From assembly GCF_009914755.1 (NCBI RefSeq), contig NC_060930.1: a stretch of 64,000 nucleotides of DNA. One strand, written 5' to 3'. The stretch is from the human T2T-CHM13v2.0 reference genome, Homo sapiens. A program made the translations under genes and the position numbers. Each line of letters begins with the position of its first letter. The first letter of the stretch is position 1. The notes under the pieces were generated by a model. The model saw nothing but the letters and a program-made list of their open reading frames with translations. It was not told the origin of the DNA and did not search any database. Shown in pieces: positions 16,449-33,200 of the stretch.

Positions 16449-17978
16449 CTATAAAATAACATAATGTTAACATTAAGATTCACAACAAAAATCTCCCTTC
16501 AAAAATAAGCAGCTACCCAACTTGTTTGTAACGTCTCAAAATATCTATCTAATAGATGGTATAATACTCACAACTGACAACCAACTTCCTCAAGTTTCAG
16601 GTTCATATGTTTACAAACAAAAAGTCACTGCTTTGCAATAAGGTCATCATTCTCCTATTTATCAAAATCCATATGATTAGCAATTTTCTTAGAATAAATT
16701 TTTGTTATGAGTCACATTTTTAAAGAAACAACGTACCACCCACTCTTATTCATAAGCACTGCACATACAATAGGACCATGTGACTAAGAGACTATTATGC
16801 AGCCATTTAAAGTGACGGTCTTTAAATGATATAACAACATGGAAAAATACTAAGGATTTATCAAGTGGGGAAGAAAGGCAAGACACCTAATTTTAACCAC
16901 ATAAATACAAATTTGGAAACTATTTTTAAAAAGTCTATCACAATTTTTTCAGATGAGATTGAGTCGGGTTTTCCCTCTTATTTTCCAAATGTGTTTAATA
17001 TGGCTACACTACTCTTCTTTAAAACAAACAAAATTTGTCTTTTTTAGAGCATGAAAGTGTTCAAGGATCTACATTAATCATTCCAGTCTTTCAACAAGTA
17101 TTTCTAGACTTGCTAGCACAAGTAAATATTAGACTCAAAAAATAGGATTTCAGATTACAAAATCATAACTCTAAAAGCTGGAGGTTTCTACTATGCAGAT
17201 ATTATAATCTTATCTTAAAATAAACACTAGGCATGCCTGTTGTATCTTTTCAAATAACACAAACTTTTGTATAGAGAGAGCAGTTTTAGTCTATTTTTCC
17301 ATAACACTCAAAGGAAGATAAGGTATCTGAGATGCTGTGGTATTAAGTCTGAATAAAACTATTCACAGGACTTCAAAAAAAGGACCTATTAATGATTAAG
17401 CAATTGTATCACAACAATAACAGCCATTTATTTACATACACAAAAAAGAGTCATTTTTGCTGGCTGACCAGCACTGGAAGAAGTTCCTGTTCCTGCCACT
17501 AAGGAGCATGTCCTTCTGAAGAAATGTAAAAGGGCAAAGAGAATAAACAGGCAGGTTAACACCATCAAGGGAACTATGAGGAAAAGGGGAGTTTAAAAAG
17601 GCAAGGTCATGCAGCCCCAATCCTCTACTCTTCTGCCCACTTGACGCCTCTTAGAGGTTCATTACATATCTTAAATACTTTTGTTTATATAACAATGCAA
17701 CTAACATATGCCAGGTATATGCTAGACAGAGGGAAGACCTAAAAGGAGATCACAGTATGGTTTGTTGACATTTTGGGAAGACACCAGGGAAATGGTTAGA
17801 AATGAGGAGGTAGTGTTCAAGAAGGGAAACAGAATCTCAATGCTGTTTTAATTGGTATTTATTAAAAGTTTTATATTTGTTAGCCATTTGCATTTCTTTT
17901 CCTGACTTGCCCAACTTGTTCTCTGGCAACTTTAAATGGACTGTTAATCTTCTTTACTCATTTTAAGAAGTTTTATTG

Positions 17979-18273
17979 TGGCCAGGGGTAGTGGCTCATG
18001 CCTGTAATCACAGCACTTTGGGAGGCCAAGGAGGGCAGATTACTTGGGATCAAGAGTTCAAGACCAGTCTGGCCAACACGGTGAAACCCATGTCTACTAA
18101 AAATACAAAAGTTAGCCAGGTGTGGTGGTGCGCACTGGTAATTCTAAGTACTCGGGGGGCTGAGGTGAGAGGATCATTTGAACTCGGGAGATGGAGGTTG
18201 CAGTGAGCCGAGATCATGCCACTGCCCTCCAGACTGGGTGACAGACTGAAACTCCATCTCATAAAAAAAAAAA
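17979..18273 (+). mobile_element. Alu
   Basis: Full consensus with A-tail. Confidence 0.9.
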
Positions 18274-18725
18274 GGTTTTATTATATTATACATATTGACC
18301 TGCAAACTGTCATGGAATTAATTCATTTATTCAATGACTATTTACTGAGCATCCTCAGGAAGGAAAGACCAGAGTGTAGCTGTAAGTGTGTGTAGAATTG
18401 ATGGGGAGGAGGGAATGCAGCAGATGGAGCTGATGACTTAGGCAGAAACCAGATCATATTGCACATGTTGTTTTCTAGTTTATCTGTTTTTTCCAAAAAA
18501 GCTGTTTTGGTGATACAGAATTTTCCAATTTTTATACAAGCTTGTCATTTCCCCTTTAGGACTTTTGGGTTTGCTAGACTTAGAAAAAAGGTCTTTATAC
18601 ATGTTTTCTTCTAGAATGTTTATGATTAATATTGAAAATATACAAGTCTGACCAAACTGGAATTTATTTTGGAATGAGAAACAAATCAGATATCCTTTTG
18701 ATCCTCCTCAATAGTTAACTATTGA

Positions 18726-19030
18726 GGCCAGGAGCAGTGGTTCATGCCTGTAATTGCAACACTCTGGGAGGCCAAGGTAGGAGGACTGCTTGAGGCCAGG
18801 AGTTCAAGACCAGCCCTGGCAACATGGTGAGATCTCATCTATACGAAAAAAAATTTAGTTAAAAATTAACTGGATGTGGTGGCACATGCCTATAGTCCCA
18901 ACTACTCAGGAGGCTGAAGTGGGAGGATCACTTTTGCCTAGGAGTTCAAGGCTGCAGTAAGCTATGATGGTTTTACTTCACTCAAGCCTGGGCAACAGAG
19001 CAAGACTCTGTCTCCCCCCGCAAAAAAAAA
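18726..19030 (+). mobile_element. AluJ-like
   Basis: Full diverged consensus. Confidence 0.88.
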
Positions 19031-19442
19031 GAATAAGTTAACCATTTATTTAAAAACTCATCTTTTCTCCATTAACTTGAAAAGCAACTGCTATATTTAT
19101 ATGTGCTTATTTCTGGGCTCCTTATGTTACCGTTTTGTATGCTAGTCCTGGAGCTGTAACCCAGTGTTTTAATTACTTTAGCTTTATAATATTTAAACAT
19201 CTGATAGGATTAGTCCACCCCTCAATTTTTTTGCTATTTAGAAATTTTTGAATTATCCTCATATACTTATTTTTCTAAATAATCCTTAGAATCATTTGTC
19301 AGAATAAACTGAGATTTTACTTGGGGCAGCAACTGATTTATGGTCTTGTTCCAAACTTTAACAAGATCATTTCTAGTGTTTTATCATTAAGCATGATACT
19401 GGCTAACACTCTGCCAATATCTCTGATTAAAGAAACTCTTAA

Positions 19443-19752
19443 GGCCGGGCGCGGCAGCTCACGCCTGTAATCGCAGCACTTTGGGAGCCAAGGTGGGCGA
19501 ATTACGAAGTCAGGAGTTCGAGGCCGGCCTGACCAACATGAAGAAACCCCGTCTCTACTAAAAATACAAAATTACCCGGGCGTGGTGGCACATGCTTGTA
19601 ATCCCAGCTACTCAGGAGGCTGAGGCAGAAGAATCACTTGAACCCGGGGGGGCAGAGGTTGCAGTGAGCCGAGATCATGCCATAGCACTCCAGCCTGGGC
19701 AACAAGAGGGAAACTCCATCTCAAAAAAAAAAGAAAAGAAAAGAAAAAGAAA
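19443..19752 (+). mobile_element. AluS (Sp-like)
   Basis: ctgaccaacatgaagaaacccc; A-rich tail. Confidence 0.9.
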
Positions 19753-20924
19753 AGCTAGTTCTAGTTCTGTTGTTCTTCTAATAATCTTGTTTTGGGTTTT
19801 ATATTTTCAAAAACCACATAAAGATGTTAATTTTATCATATGCAGATTTTGCACAGAAAACTAAAAGATCATAATTTTTCTCTTTGGTCCATTAATAAGT
19901 ATATCAATAAGATATAAGAGATTAAGTATATTAAGATATAAGTAAGTATATTAACAGATTTCCTAACATAGAACCTTCCTTTGATTCCTGGAATGAATTT
20001 CATTTAGACGTGGTGTATTACTTTTTCAAATAATATTTATAAAATATTTTAACCACAATCTTAGAACAATTAAGTTTTAAAGCATACATAATCTTTGCCG
20101 TGCTTTGGAGTTGGTGTTATATTGGCTTTTTCAGCAGAGCTCGCAAACTACTTTTTTCTCTCTGCTCTGTAATACTTTAAATAGATTAGGAATTAGGTGT
20201 TTCATGAAGATTTGAAATAATTCACCTGTGATACAGGTGAGGCAATAGCTCTCATATGTTTTTCAGTTTCTTCCATTCTATCTGAAATAAGCTAGGTTTA
20301 CCATCTCTAAGATTTGATAATTTCCTAGAAAATCATTTATCATCTCCAAATTTTATAATTTCTTAGCTGAGCATCATTCAAAGCAGCCTCATTCTTTTAA
20401 TCTCCTTTCTATAGTGATTTCCACTTAATCTTAATTGTGCATATTTGTATGCAGTTCACTTTTTCTCTAGCACAGTTATCTGACCATGGGAACCACTTGA
20501 AATACCTGTTAGGATATAGATTCCCGAACTGCTCCCATTAGATTTCTAACTCACCAAGGAAATCTAAATCACCAAGGGCCAGTTAGTGATTGTTGCTATA
20601 ATACTGAAAACTACCATGCTTTGTTTTTTTAATGTTATAAAATGTACATGCTCATGGTAAAATAAAATAGTAGTTAAGGATATAGAATTTAAAGTTCCTA
20701 CATCCCCATCAGACGTAACAATTCCTCCTAGCCAGGGCAATTAGGGAAGAGAAAGAAAGAAAGGGCATCTGAACTGGAAAGGAAGAAGTCAAATTGTCCC
20801 TGTTTGCAGGTAATATGATCTTATATAAATGGAAAAATCTAAAGACTCTACCAAAAAACTCTCAGATCTGATAAACTCAGTAAAGCTGCAAAATAACAAA
20901 ACCAATATACAAAAATCAGTAGCA

Positions 20925-21233
20925 TTTTTTTTTCTTTTTTTTTTTCCTCTGAGACAGAGTCCTGCTCTGTCACCCAGAGCTGGAGAGCAATGGCGCGATC
21001 TCAGCTGACTGCAACCTCCACCTCCTGGGTACAAGCGATTCTCCTGCCTCAGCCTCCTGAGTAGCTGGGATTACAGGTGTCCACCAATACCCCTGGCTAA
21101 TTTTTGTATTTTTAGTAGAGATGGAGTTTCACCATGTTGGCCAGGCTGGTCTTGATCTCCTGACCTCAAGTGATCCGCCTGCCTCAGTCTCTCAAAGTGC
21201 TAGGATTACAGGCATGAGCCACCACACCCAGCC
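20925..21233 (-). mobile_element. AluS within L1
   Basis: Antisense Alu consensus. Confidence 0.9.
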
Positions 21234-21246
21234 TACAGCCAAATGA

Positions 21247-21680
<434 letters not shown>

Positions 21681-22936
21681 TGAATGAAATTAGATGCCTA
21701 CCTCTCACCCTATATAAAAATCAACTCAAAATGCATCTAATACCTAAATATAGCACCCAAAATAATAAAACTACTAGAAGAAAACAGACAGGAAATGCTT
21801 CGGTACATCAGTGTGGACAAATATTTTATAAATAAGATCTCAAAAGCATAGGCAACAAAAGCAAAAATAAACAAATGGGATTGTATCAAACTAAAAACTT
21901 CTGCACAGCAAAGAAAGCAATCAACAGAGTAAAAGACAACTTACAGAATGGGAGAAAATATCTGGAAACTAACCATCCAACAGAAGATTAATATCTAAAA
22001 TATACAAGGAGCTGAAATATCTCAACAGCAAAAAACAAAACAAAACAAAACTGATTTTTAAATGGGCAAATGATCCCAAATCACATTTCTCAAAGGAAGT
22101 CATATGCATGGTCAACAAATACATGAAAAACTGCTCATCACTATTAATCATCAAGGAAATGCAAATCAAAACCACAATGAGGTATCATCTCACCCCAGGG
22201 AGGCTGGCTATTATCAAAAAAAAAAAAAAAAATGCTGGCGAGGATGCAGAAAAAAGGGAACTCATATACTTTTGGTGGGAATGCAAACTAGTTATAACCA
22301 CTATGGAGAACAGTATGAGGTCCCTCAAAAAGCTACAAATAGAACTACCATATGATCCAGCAATCCTACTACTGAGAATTTATCCAAGGAAAGGAAATTA
22401 TTATATCAGAGAGACACTGCACCCCCATGTTTACTGTGGTACTATTCACAATAGCCAAGATATGAAATTAACCCAGGTGTCCAACAACAGATGGGTGGAT
22501 AAAGAAAATGTGCTATATAATATATACCATGGAATACTATTCAGCCATAAAAAATGAAATCCTGTCATTCATGGCAACATGGATGGAACTGGACGACATT
22601 GTGTTAGGTGAAATAAAATCCAGGAACAGAAAATTAAACTCATATGTGGAAAAAAAAAAAAGTTGATCTCATAGAAGTAAAAAGGAGAACAGAGTATACC
22701 AAGGCTACGAAGGGTAGACAAAGGGAGGAATAAGGAGAGATTTGTTAAGGGACACAAAATGACAACTAGATAGGAGGAATAAGTTCCACCACTCTAGGAT
22801 GGCTATAGTTAACAATAATATATAGTTTCACATAGCTAGGGGAAGGATACTGAATGCTCCTAACACAAAGAAATGATAAAATGTTTGAGATGATGGATAT
22901 GCTACTTACCCTGATTTCATCACTATACATTGTATT

Positions 22937-23166
22937 AGGGGTATCCAATCTTTTGGCTTCCCTGGGCCACACTGGAAGAAGAACTGTTTTGGGCCACATA
23001 TAAAATACACTAAAACTAACAATAGATGATGAGCTTAAAAAAAAAAAAAAAAAGAATCCCCCAAAAAATTTCATGATGTTTTAAGAAAGTTTACAAATTT
23101 GTGTTGGGCTGCATTCAAAGCTATCCTGGGCCACATGCAGCCAATGGGCTGCAGGCTGGACAAGCT
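22937..23166. mobile_element. MER30-like hAT element
   Basis: ggggtatccaatcttttggcttccctgggccacactggaagaaga...ggctggacaagct. Confidence 0.8.
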
Positions 23167-23699
23167 CACATTATATATTTGAAACATCACTCTGTATCCC
23201 AGGAATATGGACAATTATTAATTCTTTTAAATAAAATGAAAATAAAAGGTGATTACATAAGACAGGTAACTTTTTAATCCCAAGGTATCCTATTAGCTAT
23301 GCAATATAAATCTGAAAGCAACTTGTAATAAAGCTACCACATTGGTAAACTTAAAGTAACACTTCCTTTCATATACTCTAATTTTTTTCTACATGTACAC
23401 AAACACACAAGCACACATAATACATACATCTTACACAGGTAGGGTCACTGTACATTATTTTTTCATATATTACTCAAAGATTTTTCTCTATCCGCATACA
23501 TCTTTTTTTATAAAGCATTTCATTGTGTGGATGGATGCACCTATCACAAATTAACCAATCCTCTACTGATGGATATTTAGGTTTTCCCAGTGTTCTATTA
23601 CAAATAATATTGTAAACATTTTTGTGCATGTCTTTGTGCACTTGTACAACTATAGAACAAATCTTTAGAAATGGAATATGCTTTAAATATATAACATAG

Positions 23700-23989
23700 T
23701 CCATCAGGTATGATGGCTCACACCTGTAATCCCAATATTTTGGGAGGCTGAGGCAGGAGGATTGCTTGAGGCCAGCATTTCAAGATCAGCCTGGGCAACA
23801 TGGTGAGACCCTGTCTCTACAAGAAATATACATATAAGCAGGGTGTGATGGCACACCTGTAGTGCTAGCTACTAGGGAAGCTGAGGTAGGAAGATCATTT
23901 GAGCCCAGGAGCTCCAGACTGCAGTGAGCTAGGAATTGTGCAGCTTGGGCAACAGAATTAAACCCTGTCTCTTTAAAAAAAAAAAAAAA

Positions 23990-24023
<34 letters not shown>
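23700..24023 (+). mobile_element. AluJ-like with trailing (GT)n microsatellite (23992-24023)
   Basis: Alu consensus, A-tail, then GT repeat. Confidence 0.88.
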
Positions 24024-24027
<4 letters not shown>

Positions 24028-24749
24028 AACAGTCAAGTACTAAAAACTATGAGTGACTATTACATCTAACTGACCAGCACAAAATCCTGGCTCTGTGGTC
24101 TGAGACAAGAGAGGGAAGTTAATGTTTTCCTTAACTTTACTGGCTTTACCAAGGAATATCAGCCCAGAGAAGTCAGTACTGACTTCTTTTCTAAATGTTT
24201 CATTCCATAATATTTACCAAAAAGCCACTAACTTCTAGGAAAAAAGATAAACTAGACTGTAGTTCACTTAACACCTGTACAGATCAACATGGCTAGGAAA
24301 TCATGGTTTATGTCATTCATACAGTATTTGAGCAAGAACCTAACTTTACTGTGCCTCAGTTTCTTCATATATTAACTGAGGAAAATAATACACTACCTCC
24401 TTCAGTTGCTGTGAGCATTCAATGAGGCTGTATTCAATAAAGCACTTCAAAAAGTATCTGGCCCAGAAATATTATTATTACTTTCCATTTACTACCCTGA
24501 TCATAGTGGACTTTATATAGTTAGAGACTTCAGAGACTAAGTTATTTTTGAAAACCACATTTTCTTGAGAGCCAAGAGTTAACGCCTTTATGCATTAATA
24601 TGAGTGTTATAATTTCTGATGGAAAGCCTTCTAAAATATAGGACGCTCTCATGTCTTCCTAAGTATTTGCAACTTCTGAACCCAGGATTTTACCTGCTCT
24701 GCCTTCAGGACTCTCATTATAATGACAGTAAGGGAATAAACCCACAATA

Positions 24750-26900
24750 ATAAAGAGGAAGTTAGCTGACAGAAAATTTCAATAAATTTTTGCAATTAGA
24801 AAACAGAATAGTGACTAATGAAATAAGGTAGAAGAAATGAGTGCCAAGAATACCCATGGAGAAGAAACAATTTGCCCAACAAAATCCAGAGACTCACCCA
24901 GAAATGCTAGGTATGACTAGGGATGGGACTGGGACAGAGAACGAAGATCCCCATCTCCACTGCTGCTCACAGTTACTAGCAACCAGACCCTACCCTCCAA
25001 ACAAAAGCAAACAAACAAGCACTGGATGGCATACCTAAAAGAATGAAACGTTAGAGAAAAACTAGGACAGCTGGTATAGACTTTGCTGTTGCCCCTGGTA
25101 AGTCTTTCTAGAACTTACCGATCCCAATTAAGAATGAGCACCTGACCCACCCCACCTAAAAGAAAAGACAGCCTTTTAAGAAGCTATTCCCTGCCCCCTC
25201 AAAAAAAGATAAGCTATACCCAAGTACACAGAACTCAGTCAGTTTTTCTATTGCCTCATCCTTAAATATGAACAGCTTACCAAAGATCAGTAAGCACCTG
25301 GGGAAAGCCTATAAAGTTGAAGAGGACTGCCAAATTTACAAACAGAAAAAAAAAACCACACAGAGGGAAAGAATCTTAAAAATACTCTAGTGCCTGTTCT
25401 GATAGATTTTAGAAAATACTCCATTTGTAAAACAAGAACAAGATACTATGTTAAAAGAACCATCAGAGAACAAGATATCTTGAAATTTACAAAGCTCAAT
25501 AGAAACACTAGAAGATAAAATAGAGAAAAATGTCTCCAGAAGTAGGAATATTAAAGATAAATTAGAAAAATACAAAAAAAAAAGAATTCATCTAGAAGGA
25601 CCAAATTTTTATTAAAATAAGGTCTACAAATACAGAGAAAATAGAAGAGTAAATCATTAAAGTAAGAGATTTTGCCCAAAGCTAAAGGACACAAGTTTTA
25701 AAGATTGTGAAGATCCAGAGTGCTCAAAATGAACCAAAAAAATTCCTAAACACATTACTGTGAACTTCAGAACAGCAAGGAGAAAACAAAGATCCTAAAA
25801 CATTTAGAGATGGGGGAGAACATTAGAAATGGCGGAGAAGTGTTAATCATGTAAGAAATATCGAGTAGACTAGAATGAGACTTAGCAGTAACACTGAATA
25901 TCAGAAAACAATAAAGCAATATCCAGAGAGTTCTAAGTAAAAAAATTTTCAACCTAGAATTCTATCCAAACTATCAAGATCATGGAAAGAATGGACATTT
26001 TCAACCAGGCAGAAACTTTTAAATGTTTATCTCCTGTGAACCCATTCTTGGAAAAATATTGAAGGATGTCATTCAGCAAAGTGTGAAGACACAGCTTCCA
26101 GGAAAAAGTAGATACATGCCAAGAAAACAGAGAAAAAAAGTTGCAGGATGTCAGCTATGCAACCGGCCTACAGAGCAACCACTCCAGATCAAAGTGCAAT
26201 GACAGAAGTCTCCAGGAGGAAGCTTTCAGGAAAAATAAAGAGGAAGAAGAACTCAACGGCTATGAAGGCAAACTGTGAGAAAAAACAAAAGACAGTTAAG
26301 AAACCCCAGGGGAAAAGCTGTAATCATAGTACAATACTGAATACTTGGCTCTGCCATGAAAATATTTATATAGTCATCACATGAATATTTTTGGTTCATT
26401 TTCAACTTTTAGATTCAACCTAAAGTCAAAACATATTAAACAATTAATTATGGTTACAGAACAATATAAATGTTATTAATATTACATATGTGAAAGTACC
26501 ACTAAGAAACCGAGTGGGAGAAGTATAAGAAAGGTCAAAGGAAAAGGCATTGGCTCACATTCTCAACTTAGAAAAGTGTTAACAGGACAAGAAGAAAGAA
26601 AAGTTTCAAAGGTAACAGAGAACCTGACATAAAATTTGAGGGAATACAGAGAAGTAACTTGAGTGAAATCTTCATTTACTTTCTATATTTGGATAATGTC
26701 TATAACTGATAAACCTACATAAAGTGGAGTTTTAAGAGATATGGAAGTAATCACTGAAGAAAGAGTTTAATAAGTTCGAAGTGGTTTTTGCAGGAAACAA
26801 CACTAAGCAGTACAGGAAAAGGGAAAGTAGAGGAAATGGTTGCTTTTTATTGTTAAGTTCTTGTGAACTATCTGACTTTTTAAAACCATGAGCAGAAATT
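24750..26900 (+). mobile_element. Old L1M fragment (ORF1-like region), heavily degraded
   Basis: Purine-rich; ORF1-like remnants such as cctaaacacattactgtgaacttcagaac and aaaaattttcaacctagaattcta. Confidence 0.55.
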
Positions 26901-26916
26901 ATTTTTATGGAAACCA

Positions 26917-27123
26917 TTTTTACTTTAAGTTCCAGGATACATGGCAGAACGTGCAGGTTTGTCACATAGGTATATGTGTGCCATGGTGGTTTGCTGCACC
27001 TATTGACCTGTCCTCTAAGTTACCTCCCCTCGCCCCCCACTCCCCAACAGGCCTGGTGTGTGTTGCTCCCCTCCCTGTGTCTATGTGTTCTCACGGTTCA
27101 ACTCCCACTTATGAGTGAGAACA
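26917..27123 (-). mobile_element. L1PA 3' end fragment
   Basis: tttactttaagttccaggatacatg...cccacttatgagtgagaaca. Confidence 0.85.
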
Positions 27124-28809
27124 AAAGCATATAGATTTTTGACAATGCAAATTTTGTAAACATATTAGTACATTGTAGTATACTGCAATTATGTATTCAG
27201 GGCCTTAAAAAAAGTAGAATGTTTTTCTTTCACATAATGGAATAACACTATTAACAGTTTTTGTTTTGTTCTTTGTAATAATCTGTGACTTTTTTCTTGT
27301 TGCCAAACTATCGTTTTTTGCTCTATCAGCAGTCTCTAGTTGTTGCCCTTTTGCCTTGTATGCCATAGGCTTAAAAACAGAAATGAGTTTTTAAAACTAT
27401 AAAACAAGAATAGTTCCTTAATAAGGACCCAAAGAACTCTCCAAGGAGAAAATTACATGAGCATCTATTTTTACTTCCAGATATAATGGAGTAGAACTGG
27501 TACTATCATTTTACAGAGGAAAAAAGAGAAAAGCAACTTGCCTAAGGCCAGAGGGCCCAATAAACGGCAGAGTTATAATAAAAATGTATGCCTTTCTTCT
27601 TCCACCATGACATGCTATACCTGGTCTTTTTGCCAGGATAATGTCAGCTTCCTCAGGGCAAGTACCCCCAAGAAGTCCTGAAGCATGTTTTGATTTTCCA
27701 CATTGCTTAGCACATAGTGACAGCAAAGAGTGGTTAAGTGCATAGTGAGGTTCTCTGTTCCTATGCCCAGAATGAGACTGCAGGGAACGCTAAGAACAAT
27801 AAAGGTACACGGAAGCTACTTCTTATTCCTGGTGAGAAAAAACCGAAGTCAAGTAGATGCTCAATTACATGTAAGAGCCTGAATCCATGAGCTGAATCAC
27901 AAAACAAAAAAACTCAAAAGACACAATGACGAATGCATTGGAACTATACACAATACTGAGATAAGCTGCCAATATCCTTTCCAAAATGAAATTTTATGAA
28001 TGAGTTTAATAAAATGGAATCAAAATTAGGATCTTCCCTTTTCAGTCATTAATAGGTTAAAAATGAGAAGTTTATTCTACCGCTTTCATTTTTGTAAAAA
28101 TTATTCAGTTTAAATGGAACGGGGTCAGTGGGCATGCTATGTTTTTTGGTGCCTTAAAAGCCTAGTCTGATCGACTTATAAATGTACAACACTGGCTAGC
28201 CAGTCACTATAACTTCTATTGTTCTACTAACTTGTTAGACTAGGCCCCACAATTCTGACTCACTAACTTAAGTAACATGGGAATCCTTGTAATGAAGATT
28301 CACATCTACAATAAAGGAGGGAACAATTATAGCAAATACCTATTATTAGGAATGTTTACTTGTTATTCTACTTAATGTTCAGAACAATCCTCTAATGTTG
28401 GCTACCATTATCCCCAGTTCATAGGAAAGAAAACTGAGGCTAGTAAGTGGCAGAGTAAGGATTCAACGCCAGAGTAGTCTGAAGACTCCCTGTTCCCACA
28501 TGCCTCCAAGACATAGCTAGACAGAACTTCAACCGTGCTTGCTTATGGAGTAGTAGTTTCAAAATGTATTCCAAACAACACCAGTCCAGTTAAAGGTTCT
28601 GTAGTCGAGTAAGTTGAGGTATATAACAGCCTCTTTGGAGACTTCAGAATGCATTTTTAGCCCACAAGAAGTAATTTTAAAAAATCTTACCATCTAGAAA
28701 CAAACCCCCTTTTGGTTTAATACCTACAAAAATGCTTTAGAGCCAATGGTCTATGTATCAGAGGCTCTATATAAAACACTTTGGGGTTCAATGTTGTAGA
28801 CTCTAGAGC

Positions 28810-30275
<1,466 letters not shown>

Positions 30276-33200
30276 TGTTATTACAGAGTAAAAATAAAGG
30301 ACAGTGATAGAAGGAATTCTTGGTTTTGATCCCATCACTGTGTACTACACCTCCCTTAAAGCAGCCACTGAAAACCATGCCTTATGGGAGCAAGCAATTA
30401 ATATGAATTAGCAAAACTGGCAAGGTGAGGAAAGTAGTGAACTAAGGAGTGCAGGTGTAAAGGAAGCAGCTGCTATTCAACTCTAGCTGACTGCTGCTAT
30501 TGAAGAATACTTGCCTAATGACACCATGAAGAGATTTTTCTAAAGTTGGATACACGGAATTTTCTATAATATATTCCCATTTTCAAGTGCTAGTGTGGAG
30601 TCAAAATAATTTTTTAAAATATGCAGACCAAACACAACACTTGGACCACCTACTTGCATCTTCTGTCCCAAAGGTATTCACAATACTGGAAAAATGGCAA
30701 TAAAATAAATGGCAAGACTGCAATAATGTCCCTTTGTGTCCTTTAGCAAGTAGGTTAAGGGCAGGGTGGGAAAGAAGGGTAAAACCAAGTTTCATGAAAG
30801 ATAATCTTACATACAGGCATTATTATATATTAACCTCCCTTCCCAATGATACAATGGTCCTAGAGAGTTTCAGCTGCCTAAGACACTGGATGCCCAGAAA
30901 AAAAAATTATTCTAAGGCCATCAATGAATTATTACATATTTTTTATATATATAAAATATAATAGCTTTATATAAGATCTTGTTATCTGGCAAAATGACTC
31001 AAGGTATTAAGACAACTGAGTAGTAACCAAGGGAAATTAATTACTAAAAAATACATTATCTCATCCTTCACCAGTATGTCAGTACAGCCCTTAAATACAT
31101 ATTCCAATAGAATAAATAATACAAGAATTCTAAAATACCTCTTCCCTTCTTTCTTCAGTAAGTCAAGACTGCTTCACACTTGCTGTATCTTCAGTATGTT
31201 TTCCCCTCAGACCTCTCCTGTCATTCAGGTTTCACCTTAAATGTCATGCTTTCAGAGGCCTTCCTTGAGCACTCTACTGTTATTTATTGTATGTCTCCCA
31301 AAAGAATGAGAGTCCAGAGAATAAGGAAGGCCTCTTATATTCCCAGCACCTAGACCAACTCCTGACGCACAGTGTCAATATATATTTGTTGGTTGGATGA
31401 ATGAAATGTTATTTATGATTAATTTTTCTGCGGTCCCTCTCCACTCCTACACACAGGCTACAAGATTAACAGTCCTAAAGTATAGCTCCATATAACTTTA
31501 TTGTATTTTAAAGAACAAACTTCTAAGTTCAGCATTCAAGATTCTCCATAATGTATAACCCCAATCTTCCTCCCCAAACTTACTTTGGCCAACCTAGATT
31601 GGGCTATCCTACCTCTGGGTGACACAGCAAGACTCTATCTCGAAATAACTAACTAACTAACTAACTAAATAAATAAATAAATAATAAAATTACACCCTTC
31701 CTTCATTCATGATACATCTTAAGACCTACTTCCTTCCTGTAACATTTTCTATCCATCCCACTCCATAACCAAATGATCTTTTCTTTCTCTGTGCTAGTAC
31801 CCGAACTTTTACCATTTGAGTTACTAGTATTATCCATGTATTATGTTAACCACACCACACATTCCGTACCCACATTCCCTTCCACTAAGCTCCTTGGGGG
31901 CAGGACTATGGCTTAGGTACACTGAAATCCACTGCAAGGTCTGGCAATGTTCTTTGCACATGGTAGGCACTTAATACCTATTGAAGGGAATTGCTCCCTG
32001 TCATGCCCATACCCTCCTGATTTACCGAATTCACTGTTAGCCTTCATTTGAATCAACCCCTTCTTACTTGGAAAGATCATGTTCACCATTTCTTTAAAAA
32101 TTAAACATTTTCTAATAATAAACAATGTTTGCTTTGTCCAAGTGGTTTTGATTACACACAATCCATGCACACCTTTACATCATCTTCAGCATTGAAGTAC
32201 ACTGTTAGAAAAGTTCAAGGAAAAACAATCAGTGGCAAAGAGGATGGACACACGCCAAAGCCCCGTCATTCCAAAATGGCTGTTTCCTTTCTGCTATCAA
32301 AACAGAATATGTTTAGCTTCGGGTACATACTAATCTCTAATATTTTCTTTCCTTACAAAAACAACTTCATTTCAATACTTAGCACAATCCAACAAACAAG
32401 AGGGTAATTCATATCTATTACTGTATTCATAAGCCATGTATATATTCCTCAATGACTCTTGCTATGCCTTACTGACCAACCCCACTGCCAACTCCCTCTT
32501 AAACTCCTTTCTAAAGTGAAATGCAATCATTTCAACCCTTTTGAGATACTTATCAGTTATATTAGAGCAAATAGCTCATCTCACTTTCACTACATTTCTC
32601 ATCTAAAACTTTTAACTGCTCATTGCTTTGCTTACACAACTCAAATGCTCTTTGATTTCAAGCCTGCACACCAAGACCACATTGCTTCTTTCCTACCTGC
32701 CATGATTTTATCTTAACACTTATGTAAACAGACATTCTCTTGTTTTTTTTTTCCTACCTTTCACCCAAACTCCATTTTACTTATCTATAACTTCCATTTT
32801 ACATTTCAACCACTTTCCTACCTCAGTGAGGGAAAATTCTCCAGGTCTTTCCCCCAACACTATGTCCTTAGGTAAAATTAACTGTCTATATGTTATGATG
32901 TTGACGTAATGATGTCCATTATTTTATAGAACTTGAAAAATAAGAAATATATAAAATTCATCATAGAAGAATTACTACAGCTAAATAGTAACATTAGACT
33001 TTTCTGGAGCCCTTACTGTATATTAGGTACTTTAACACAGAAATATTAGAACCACATGCACACACAAAATAAGTATGTTAATTAACTCAATTTAGCCATT
33101 CCACAATGTATACATATTTCAAAATATGTTGTATAATATATACAATTTTTGTCAGTTAAGGAAAAATTTTAAAAATAGACAAGAAAAATTACATAAGTAC

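Noticed and set aside
22108-22557. 149-aa ORF
   Set aside because: Degenerate L1 ORF2 C-terminal remnant
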